A stretch of 64,000 nt of DNA from Bacteroidota bacterium. GTDB lineage: Bacteria > Bacteroidota > Bacteroidia > M30B66. Shown piece by piece: positions 9,967-19,400 of the stretch (the first letter of the stretch is position 1; each line of letters begins with the position of its first letter). A model generated the notes under the pieces. The model did no database searches, was not told the DNA's origin, and worked only from the letters and a program-made list of their open reading frames with translations. Location: assembly GCA_947460255.1 (NCBI GenBank), contig CANHIS010000007.1, positions 4,221 through 68,220 of the forward strand, in the 5' to 3' direction. The position numbers were made by a program, and so were the translations under genes.

Positions 9967-9968
9967 CA

Positions 9969-10751
9969 TCACAACTCCAAATCCACCATCACCGGACAAT
10001 GGTCACTGTGCCTTGCATCTGGCAGAATCACCGAGCGTTTGAGCTTACTGTTTAAGTGCTCGCTGATGCACACATAATCGATCCGCCAACCCAAGTTCTT
10101 GTCGCGCGAACCAGCTCTGAAGCTCCACCATGTATAGTTGTGTGGTTCAGGATTTATGTGTCGAAATGTATCGATAAATCCGCTGTTGAAGAAAGATTCC
10201 ATCCATGCACGCTCTTCAGGTAAAAATCCGCTGCTCTTGGCATTAGAAACCGGATTGTGGATATCGATGGCGCGGTGACAAATATTGAAATCGCCACAAA
10301 TCACCAAATTGGGCTTCTCTTGCTTGAGTTGATCGATGTACTGCTGATAAAAATCGAGGAATTCCATCTTCACATCCTGACGAATATCGCCAGTTGTCCC
10401 CGAAGGGAAATAGGTGCTGATCACCGAAAAATCGTCGAAGTCTAAACGGATCGATCGGCCTTCAAAATCAAACAAATCATGCCCTAAGCCTTTCACCACT
10501 TGGTTTGGTTTGCGCTTGCTTAAAATGCCCACACCGCTGTATCCTTTTTTGGTGGCAGGAAACAAATAACTCTCATAACCGATGGCCCGAAACAAGTCTA
10601 AATCCAATTGGTCTTCCTGAGATTTTAATTCCTGCAAACAAATCATATCGGGTCCAGAAGCCGAAAGCCACTCGATAAATCCTTTACTAATTGCTGATCT
10701 TAAGCCATTTACATTGTATGTAGCAATGCGTGTGTTGGGTGAATTTGCCAT
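9969..10751 (-). CDS. xth: Exodeoxyribonuclease III (ExoIII/APE1 family)
   Basis: N-terminal IATYNVNGLR, catalytic-site motifs, C-terminal SDHCPV. Confidence 0.9.
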   Translation of the reverse strand: MANSPNTRIATYNVNGLRSAISKGFIEWLSASGPDMICLQELKSQEDQLDLDLFRAIGYESYLFPATKKGYSGVGILSKRKPNQVVKGLGHDLFDFEGRSIRLDFDDFSVISTYFPSGTTGDIRQDVKMEFLDFYQQYIDQLKQEKPNLVICGDFNICHRAIDIHNPVSNAKSSGFLPEERAWMESFFNSGFIDTFRHINPEPHNYTWWSFRAGSRDKNLGWRIDYVCISEHLNSKLKRSVILPDARHSDHCPVMVDLEL

Positions 10752-10833
10752 GCCCTAAAGATGTAAAAAGATTGAACGCAATCCATTTTTCGGTTGTTAA
10801 CACTTTGGTGGGATTATACCAATACAAGGTGAA

Positions 10834-13800
10834 GTGTCGTTACTCATCATTTGGAGTATATTCGCCCTAAGGCTTGTCGTGCAAACCATTCTGCGCTTTT
10901 TTATCATCTTTTTATTTTTTCCGGTTTTGTCGGAAGCGCAGCATTATTCCACTTTGCGAACGCTCAAGATCAAGACAGGTAAGGATACTATTCGGCTCGA
11001 TAGCTTCAGCATCCAGCCGAAATCGTTAAGATTTATTACTGGAAAATCTGATAGTTCCGCATACCGATTTCTTCCCTTCGATGGCTTACTGATCAAAAAT
11101 CCGGGAGCACAAACCTCCGGCGACTCTATCACACTCAAGTTTCGGGTTCTACCCTACTCCTTCTCAGAACCCTTCCGCAACAAAGACCGCCGACTCAGTA
11201 ACTCCGAAGAACGTGGAGTTTTCAATCCGCTGGTGTACACTCCTTCCCAAAGGGATAAAAACGCGCTTCAATTCAAAGGGCTCAACAAAACAGGCTCAAT
11301 CTCAAGAGGAATTTCCGTTGGAAACAACCAAGACCTCTCCGTGAACTCCACGCTAAACCTCCAACTTTCGGGGAAACTATCCCCTGAAATCGACATCAGC
11401 GCAGCCATCACCGACGACAATATCCCCATCCAACCCGATGGAAACACCCAACAGTTACAGGATTTCGACAAGGTTTTCATCCAGCTTTCCGACCAAAAAT
11501 CGAAGCTCATCGTGGGCGACTTTCAGATCACCCGGCCCGAATCGTACTTCATGAACTTCAACAAGCGCCTCCAAGGCGGAAGCTTCTCCACCACCCAATC
11601 GGTTGTGCTCATTCCTGATGCGAAACCGGCTCAAGTGAAGGCTGGCTTGAGTGTCGCGGTTGCCCGCGGAAGATTCAACCGCAACAACATCCAAGCAGTT
11701 GAAGGCAACCAAGGGCCGTATCGCCTCCGTGGAGCCAACAATGAGCAGTTCATCATCATTCTTTCAGGCTCCGAAAAAGTGTACATCGATGGAAGATTGC
11801 TGAAGCGCGGACAAGAAAACGATTACGTGATCGACTACAACAGCGCTGAAATCACCTTTACGTCGAGGATTTTAATGACCAAGGACTTGCGGATTTTCGT
11901 TGAATTTGAGTACTCCGACCGAAACTATGCGCGATCGCTTTATCACATCAACACCGAAGTAGAACAAGGGAAACTCACCACCAGATTGAATGTTTTCAGT
12001 GAGCAGGATTCCAAAAATCAACCCCTTCAACAACAACTCAACGAAGAGCAAAAGGAAGCACTCCGCCAAGCTGGCGATACCCTCTCTCAAGCCTTGGTTG
12101 AAGCCATCGACAGTGTTGCCTTTTCTTCGGATGTGATCCTCTACAAACGCATCGACACCTCAGTTGCAGGCTTTGTTTATCCGCAAATTCTGGTGTACTC
12201 CACCAATCCTGATTCTGCAAAGTTTCGCGCTGTGTTCACCAACGTTGGAGCAAACAATGGCGATTATGTACAACTCAGCAGCAGTGCCAATGGACGTGTG
12301 TACCGTTGGGTTGCTCCGCTGAATGGCATCCCGCAGGGAAATTTCGTTGCCAAAGCCCAACTCATCCCGCCAACAAAAAAGCAACTCATCACGGTTGGCA
12401 CCGAATACAAACTGAACAAAAAGGCCCGAATCTTTGCCGAGGGCGCATATTCATCGTTCGACCAAAATACTTTTTCGGACCAAGACAGCAACGACGACCA
12501 AGGTTATGCTTTCCGCGTAGCCGCCGAACATACTGCCAAATTTGGGAAAGACAGCCTGCCATGGACCTTGGTTTCGACCGTAAGCTATGAGCAAGTCGAT
12601 AAGTATTTCACGCCCCAAGAACGCTTCCGAAGTGTGGAATTCGACCGCGACTGGAACCTCCAAAAACTCAGTACCGAAAGGCAATCCGAATATCTTCCAA
12701 GGTTAAACCTCAACCTTTCTCAAACTGGCACGGGAACGGTCAATTATCTCTTCACTTCCTTCATCCGTGAAAACGAGTTCGATGCCAATCAGCACAGCCT
12801 GAATGCCGACCTCAACAAGTGGAAAACGCGTATAAATTACAACGGAAGCCTTACGCAATCGAAGGGTACAACTTCGGATGCGTTTTTCTACCGGCACCGA
12901 GGTTTGGTTTCGCACGATATCTGGAAGCTTCAAATTGGCTACAAAGACGAATACGAACGGAATCTCCTCCGCGGTTTACCCGCAGATACCTTACTCACAA
13001 CATCTTACGCCTTTTACGACCGACAGGTATTCTTGCAAAATCTCGATACGGCGAAACAGAAATTTAATGTGTTTTACCGAGTGCGCACCGACGATGGCAT
13101 CAGGAGCAATAACTTGTTGAACTATGCACGCGCGGAGAACTTTGGGTTCAGTTTGGATTTAGCCAAGGGCGAAAAGTTCAGTTTTAGGACCATCACCACA
13201 GTACGAAATCTGTTCATTAGCGATACGTTGTTGTCGCAGCAAGATCCAGAACGAACAATTTTGAATCGGGTGGAGATTTCGTTTCGGGCATTGAAGAATA
13301 GTGTGGTTTCCACTACATTTTACGAGGCAGGAAGCGGACTGGAAACACGCAAGGAATTCACCTACTTAGAAGTGCAGCCCGGACAAGGTGTGTATGCGTG
13401 GTCGGATTACAATGGAAACGGTATCAAAGAATTGAACGAATTTGAAGTATCGGTCTTTCCCGATCAAGCGCGATTTATCCGAATCTTCACACCAACCAAC
13501 GATTTCATTCGGGTGTTTTCGAACCAGTTTAACCAGGTGTTAAACGTAAAAGCACCAACAGAATGGAACAAACAGAAAGGCATCAGGAAGCAAATTGCAC
13601 GCATCTCAACGCAATCGGCTTGGAGGCTCGACAGCCGCACCACGGCTAACGACATTGCGAAAGCTTACAATCCGCTTCGAGCTGGCTTAGATGACCCTGA
13701 ATTGATCACATTGAACCAAACCTTCAGGAATTCGGTGTTCTTTAATCGGAACAATGCGAAATTTGGCTTCGATTTAAACTGGCAAACGATTTCCACCAAA

Positions 13801-14358
13801 GCCTTATTGAACAACGGATTAGAGTCGCGAGAAAACAAATTTAGCAACCACCGCATCCGCTGGAATCCGGGCGAACGTTTTACGATAGGTCTAGAAACAC
13901 GAAACGGCTTGAAGCGTAGTATTGCAGAATTCTTCAATACGCGTGATTTTCAAATTCAATACACCGAATTAGAGCCGCGGGTTTCCTATCAACCCAACGC
14001 AGCCTTCCGACTGACCTTAAACTATAAATACAGCATCAAACGCAACGATATTTTGTATGGTGGCGAAAAAGCGTCGGGCAATACCGCAGGAGTTGATCTG
14101 AAATACAACGTAGCCGACAAAGGAAGTCTCCAAGCGAAGTTCAATTTTATCTTGATTGCATTCGACGGAACACAGAATACACCTGTTGCTTTTGAGATGC
14201 AAGAAGGACTTCGCAGCGGCGAAAACTATACTTGGGGCATTAGCTACCAAAGAACCTTGTCGAACAACATGCAATTGAATGTGAATTACGACGGACGAAA
14301 ATCGCCCGATGTAAAAACGGTACATGTTGGAGGCGTTCAGGTTCGCTTGTTTTTCTAA
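10834..14358 (+). CDS. Large (1174 aa) conserved outer-membrane protein, predicted β-barrel; function unknown
   Basis: Long hydrophobic N-terminal signal. Rich in alternating amphipathic β-strand patterns. C-terminal aromatic terminus (…VQVRLFF) typical of OM β-barrels. No TonB box or plug recognised. Confidence 0.7.
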   Translation: MSLLIIWSIFALRLVVQTILRFFIIFLFFPVLSEAQHYSTLRTLKIKTGKDTIRLDSFSIQPKSLRFITGKSDSSAYRFLPFDGLLIKNPGAQTSGDSITLKFRVLPYSFSEPFRNKDRRLSNSEERGVFNPLVYTPSQRDKNALQFKGLNKTGSISRGISVGNNQDLSVNSTLNLQLSGKLSPEIDISAAITDDNIPIQPDGNTQQLQDFDKVFIQLSDQKSKLIVGDFQITRPESYFMNFNKRLQGGSFSTTQSVVLIPDAKPAQVKAGLSVAVARGRFNRNNIQAVEGNQGPYRLRGANNEQFIIILSGSEKVYIDGRLLKRGQENDYVIDYNSAEITFTSRILMTKDLRIFVEFEYSDRNYARSLYHINTEVEQGKLTTRLNVFSEQDSKNQPLQQQLNEEQKEALRQAGDTLSQALVEAIDSVAFSSDVILYKRIDTSVAGFVYPQILVYSTNPDSAKFRAVFTNVGANNGDYVQLSSSANGRVYRWVAPLNGIPQGNFVAKAQLIPPTKKQLITVGTEYKLNKKARIFAEGAYSSFDQNTFSDQDSNDDQGYAFRVAAEHTAKFGKDSLPWTLVSTVSYEQVDKYFTPQERFRSVEFDRDWNLQKLSTERQSEYLPRLNLNLSQTGTGTVNYLFTSFIRENEFDANQHSLNADLNKWKTRINYNGSLTQSKGTTSDAFFYRHRGLVSHDIWKLQIGYKDEYERNLLRGLPADTLLTTSYAFYDRQVFLQNLDTAKQKFNVFYRVRTDDGIRSNNLLNYARAENFGFSLDLAKGEKFSFRTITTVRNLFISDTLLSQQDPERTILNRVEISFRALKNSVVSTTFYEAGSGLETRKEFTYLEVQPGQGVYAWSDYNGNGIKELNEFEVSVFPDQARFIRIFTPTNDFIRVFSNQFNQVLNVKAPTEWNKQKGIRKQIARISTQSAWRLDSRTTANDIAKAYNPLRAGLDDPELITLNQTFRNSVFFNRNNAKFGFDLNWQTISTKALLNNGLESRENKFSNHRIRWNPGERFTIGLETRNGLKRSIAEFFNTRDFQIQYTELEPRVSYQPNAAFRLTLNYKYSIKRNDILYGGEKASGNTAGVDLKYNVADKGSLQAKFNFILIAFDGTQNTPVAFEMQEGLRSGENYTWGISYQRTLSNNMQLNVNYDGRKSPDVKTVHVGGVQVRLFF

Positions 14359-14471
14359 TCTCTTTTTCGGTATAAACAATTAGAATTGGAGTGTTAATTA
14401 TAAATCGCAATAAATTAGAGTTGCGATTGAATTTGACTTATTTTTAACACCGGAAAAAAGGTAAGAAAAGA

Positions 14472-14885
14472 ATGTCTCTGAAAAAACCGAAAGCGAAATA
14501 CACCACTGTGATGTTGATTGACGACAGTGAGATTGATAATTTCATTAACCAGAAAATGGTTGAAGGATGCAATTTCTCTGAAAGAATCTATGTTCACACC
14601 AGCTCAAAAAGCGCCATTGAATTTCTTGCGAACTTCGAAAGAGCGCATCTGCCTGAAGATTTAATTCCAGAGATTATCTTTTTGGATATCAACATGCCGA
14701 TCATGGATGGTTTTCAGTTTGCTGAAGAATTCCAGAAATCTTGTCCGAAGATCTACGACAAAATCCGCATCGTTTTCCTTACCAGTTCACTCAACCCGGT
14801 AGATCAAAAACGCGCTATGCAAGTGAGAGGAGTTTATTCATTCCTCAACAAGCCATTGAGCAAAGATCATCTTGATAAGTTGTAA
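14472..14885 (+). CDS. Stand-alone CheY-like response-regulator receiver protein
   Basis: Receiver motifs (MLIDDSEID…IIFLDINMPIMDGFQF…FLTSSLNPVDQ). No output domain. Confidence 0.85.
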   Translation: MSLKKPKAKYTTVMLIDDSEIDNFINQKMVEGCNFSERIYVHTSSKSAIEFLANFERAHLPEDLIPEIIFLDINMPIMDGFQFAEEFQKSCPKIYDKIRIVFLTSSLNPVDQKRAMQVRGVYSFLNKPLSKDHLDKL

Positions 14886-14914
14886 AAAAGCCTCAGATTA
14901 ACACAAATAAAAAA

Positions 14915-14946
14915 CCCCGGTGAAAATAATTCATCGGGGTTTTTCT
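14915..14946. terminator. Bidirectional rho-independent terminator between convergent genes
   Basis: CCCCGGTGA-N7-TCATCGGGG hairpin flanked by an A-run 5' and a T-run 3'. Confidence 0.6.
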
Positions 14947-14962
14947 TTGGATTCAAGTGAGG

Positions 14963-16414
14963 TTATCGTTTCACCACCTGACTAAGTTGTTTGATGAAGG
15001 TATCGTCCACCTTGATATACTCTAACATACGGTTCGATTTCTGGTTGAGCAGTTCGAATTTCGCGAACAATTGCGTGATCTTTTGATCCACCTGTCGTGC
15101 AGAAGAACTCATCTGGAGTGAAAGAATCTTGTAGAAGATTAAGGCGTTCTCATAACCCATTTCATCGTCGATTTCGCGAATCTTACGGGTAACTGAACGA
15201 AGCAAAGAAGTTGCAGGGTCGTACTTGTTGATCATCGAATAATTCAGTGCCAACAAGAGCTTCACCTCAATTTCAGTGTGTGGGTAATTTTTGAAGCTCA
15301 CATCGTTGATCAAGCCATTGAGGATCTGAACCGCTTCTTGGTACTTCTTGGCGTAGAATGCACAAGTAGCGCTGTATTTGGCAAAGTTGATGTAGTTCGG
15401 AATGTCATTTTTATCGGGATCGTAATTTGGTAGTTCCCGTTTATTAAGTTCATAAAGTTCGCCTTCAGTGCCCAACTCAATGTGGCGCTCAATTTTCGAA
15501 ATGAGGAATTTCGTTGTAAACGCGCAATGGTTAAACAACAAGAACGATTGAACTTTCTTATCAACAACTTCGAAATATTTGGCTTCTTTCTTTGGCAAGT
15601 TGAGTTTGTGGTAATATTCAAATGCCAAGAAATTATAAACCAACTGAAGATGCTGGTAATTGGTGTCTTTAGAATATGTAGTAAAGATGCGTTCCATTCG
15701 CGCAAGCACATCCTCAATCGGCTCATCATCTTTAATAGCCTCAGAATTAGGAACAAATAGAGCGAACGACACATCTACAATACTCTTGTAAATCTGCAAG
15801 TGATGCGAATCGTAAATCCCGCAGATGTTGGTCATCTCTTGCTTGATGAGCGACAAATATTCGATCTGCCCTTTGTTGCGCGATGAATAATAATCGCCCA
15901 AGGTCTTCATAAAAGTGTTGAGAAGATCTTCAGCTTTATCTAGCGAGATGGTGTAAGCCAAATGCTTGTTGTACAACTGCGTGTATTCGTAATACTTCGG
16001 TGAATGAACGTGCAGTTTTTTCAACGCACTGTACACCGACGAAAGCTCATACGGCATGTCGTAATTTTGAAGCTCGGATTCGAGTTTCGATAAAATAGCT
16101 ATTGCAGTATCACGGTGAGTATCATAAATCAGGGTTGGAATATTTGCCACCTTTCTTAACAAGTCGATGATAGGTGTCGACATGTTATTGGTGAGGAAAT
16201 CCTGAATTTTATCGAACAAACGAGACTTTAAAGTGTAGTATGCCGAGGTGTTTACGCTCAACAAATCCTGAATTTCTTCGTCGGTATATTTGTTCTCTCT
16301 ATAAAGCTGCAAGAGCCTAAGATACTTGTCTGCTTTGGTTTCAATGAACTGCCGGCATAGGTCATTATACTCCTCTTCCTTCAGCTGCAGAACAATGCTC
16401 TTAAACTTGATCAT
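14963..16414 (-). CDS. Hypothetical protein (483 aa), α-helical; possible regulatory or TPR-like protein
   Basis: Long ORF with coding-like composition and no TM segments. The helical repeat character is the only recognisable feature. No confident family assignment. Confidence 0.65.
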   Translation of the reverse strand: MIKFKSIVLQLKEEEYNDLCRQFIETKADKYLRLLQLYRENKYTDEEIQDLLSVNTSAYYTLKSRLFDKIQDFLTNNMSTPIIDLLRKVANIPTLIYDTHRDTAIAILSKLESELQNYDMPYELSSVYSALKKLHVHSPKYYEYTQLYNKHLAYTISLDKAEDLLNTFMKTLGDYYSSRNKGQIEYLSLIKQEMTNICGIYDSHHLQIYKSIVDVSFALFVPNSEAIKDDEPIEDVLARMERIFTTYSKDTNYQHLQLVYNFLAFEYYHKLNLPKKEAKYFEVVDKKVQSFLLFNHCAFTTKFLISKIERHIELGTEGELYELNKRELPNYDPDKNDIPNYINFAKYSATCAFYAKKYQEAVQILNGLINDVSFKNYPHTEIEVKLLLALNYSMINKYDPATSLLRSVTRKIREIDDEMGYENALIFYKILSLQMSSSARQVDQKITQLFAKFELLNQKSNRMLEYIKVDDTFIKQLSQVVKR

Positions 16415-16472
16415 ATTTCGCCCTTTTTGCCCACAATATAGGCGAATTTGGCAATAGGTGAATTATGATTTA

Positions 16473-19400
16473 TTAATTTTCATCAACAGAAGTTAACACC
16501 GATCCAGGCACTGTTTTTAACACCTCCCAGCTACCGTCGATATTTTGTCTTTCGATCATGTAAAAGCCCACACCGTGCGCTCCCCAGCCTTCGTAAGGCG
16601 TCCAGTCGAGGCGAATGAAAAGGTCGTCTTGTGCCTCTGCTTTCAACACAATATTATCGCTCGACTCGCCTTCACGCCCCACCAAGTTGCATGAATTTGT
16701 AGCAAGAACAGCATAATAATATTTGTTCTTGAACACATTTACTTGGTGATCGACAAACTCTGTTTGGTATGACGGCACCGTAGTAATTAAAGTAAAATTT
16801 TCATTGTCTGTTGATCGATAAACCTGATAACCAGTCACTTTGTCACCCATTATTGCAGGAACCGGCCATTCAGTTAGAATTGATTCGTCATCAATTACAG
16901 TAGATCTTGCCATATCAACCTGTTGATTTTCAAATAAATTATCGATTGGAGCACTGAGATCAAAATCAGAATTCGACTCAACGTGTGATTGTCCATTTAA
17001 ACCTTCAGCCACCACAGAGTAACGATAACTCGCCGGGCAATAAATTGTTGAATCGGTAAATCTCAAAACATCTCCAGGCACTGTACCTAAATCAACTGGC
17101 AAATCCCCATTTTCCTCTGATCTATAAACGCGGTATTGTGAAACGGTTTTTCCAATGTATGGAGACCAATCTGCTTGAATGGTATTATTTTCAAGGGTTA
17201 AAACTTCAATATTCACAGTGCAATGATCAATAAGATTATCAATATCAACCGAATATCCGCATCGATCTCGGGTTACCAAACGATAACAATACACATTGTC
17301 GAAGGTGTTCAAGCCTGTTTGTGTGTAGCTCAAAATGTGCGATTGGTCGATGGTGGTAAGCAATACCCAATCGCTGGAAGTTTGGTTCTTCCCATACAGT
17401 TCGTATGCACCGAAATCGGGCGCAACAGACTGTTCCCACTCAACAATAACCGATTCCGGGCCACTCACGCTTACGCGGAGGATGGGTGTAGGAGGCGCAG
17501 GAAGTGTATCGTACACTTGAATGAAAGAAGGAAGTGAAAGTGTGTCGGAACAACCGTTTTGATTTATAACTTCCAAATTCACAGTGTAAAATCCTGGATC
17601 ATAATACACATTTGTTGGATTGATCTCTTGTGATGTGATGCCGTTCCCAAAGGCCCAATTGAAGCTTGGGTTTTGGGTTTGAAAGGATGTATTATTAAAC
17701 GTCACCGACAATGGAGTGCATCCTTCTGATTCATTGATGTTAAATCCAGCAATTGGAACAAGAAGCGATTGAAAACCAGAAACCGTAAAGGTGTCGCTAC
17801 ATCCAAATTGGGTAGTTGAAATTAACGAAACATCATACAAACCTGGTGAATCAAAAGACATGGAAGGATTTTCTGATGTCGAACTACCGGCACTTCCAAA
17901 ACTCCAATTGTAAGTTGATGCACCACTGGAAGTATTGGTAAATTCTACCATCAACGGTGCGCAATCACTGGAATCGCTTGCGGTGAATGATGCAACTGGA
18001 TACGGATTAATTTGAATTGCAAGCGGAATGGTGTAAAAAGCACTGCATCCAAGTGTGTCGGCCGAAAACAATGTCACAACAAACGAACCTGTATCTTGAT
18101 AGGTAAATGTAGGATTCTGTATCGTGGAAGTATTCCCTTCTCCAAAATTCCATTCCCATTCAACTGAACCATTCGATAAATCGGTGAATTGAACCGGAGA
18201 TCCAATACAAGCGCTTTGTGCTGAAACACTAAAGCTTGTTGCGGGACCCAAAACGGTTACATAATCCGCCATGAAAAGCGTGTCGGTGCAACCCGCAGCG
18301 GAAGTTACCACCAACGTAATATCGTAAACACCAGGTTGATCATAGAGTTTCACTGGGTGCTGAACGGTAGAATTTGTATTGTCGCCAAAATCCCAAAACC
18401 AAGCCACCGCTTCTTCTGAAAGGTCGAAGAATTCAACTACTGAAGGTGCGCAATTGGCAGGCGTTGGCGAGTTGAATCCAGCTGTTGGTCCGTTAACCAA
18501 AATAGGAACTTGCATGGTTACCGTATCGCGACAATTTTCGATCGTCGTAACAATTACAGTCGCAGCATAATTGCCATCAGCAGTGTACATGTGTGTTGGA
18601 GTTGGCCCAGTTCCAGTTGTACCATCGCCAAAATCCCATTCCCAACTTACCATTCCATCGGTGGTGGCAGAAAACTGCACAGGTAAAGGATTGCAATTTC
18701 CAGTATAAACAGCTCCAATGACTGGTTCCAAAATATTAATACCTACTTCAGTATGTGTGTCGGTGCAACCATGAATAGTGGTGATTGAAAGTGTTACAGA
18801 ATCGGCTGGGTCGGTTAAAAAAGTCATTGATGGATTCTGCTGATCCGATGTGTAACCATTGCCGAAATCCCAGTTCCATTCAACTGCATCTGGACTTAAA
18901 CTGGTGAATTGGGCATCGATTGGAATGCACAAGCCACTTTGAGTTAGCGAAAAATCAGCATTTGCCCCGTAAACAGTAACAACACTATCAATCCAAACTT
19001 GGATACCACAGGTCGGCAAAATACTGCTTGAAACTCGTTGTTGTACTCCATAAACTCCTGGTATTGTAAATGTTCTAGTTACAGGAAGACCATAATTTAT
19101 TCCATTCCATCCCCCAAGAGACCAATATCCATCTGCCCAAAACCAAGCAGTGTTTCCACTATTTGGAGTGGTGTTTTCAAAAGTAGTTGTAAGTGGAGCG
19201 CAACCTTCAATCGGACCGTTGATTGTGTGTGTCGGTAGTGGATTCGCAAAAGTTATTGATTGTGGTAAAGCGTAAGTTAACTCACAACCTTCACTTGTTG
19301 TATACTGAAGCGTAACATTGTAAATCCCTTCTTCACTAAAAAAATGAAACGGACTCCCAACAGAGGACGTTGTTCCATCACCAAAATTCCACAAAAATGA

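Noticed and set aside
9573-9968. Tested whether the GC-rich element is RNase P RNA, tmRNA, SRP RNA or a glycine riboswitch (lpdA is the glycine-cleavage L protein)
   Set aside because: By eye there are partial resemblances only (a GUCCGGGCU stretch like RNase P P4, GGAGAGAGG tracts like glycine riboswitch). The obligatory companion motifs (ACAGAAxCCGGCUUA / AGGGUGAAA for RNase P; CGCCGAAGG…GCAA for glycine; tRNA-like ends for tmRNA; AGGUCAGGUCCGGAAGGAAGCAGC for SRP) are absent or in the wrong order. I left it unassigned pending a covariance-model search.
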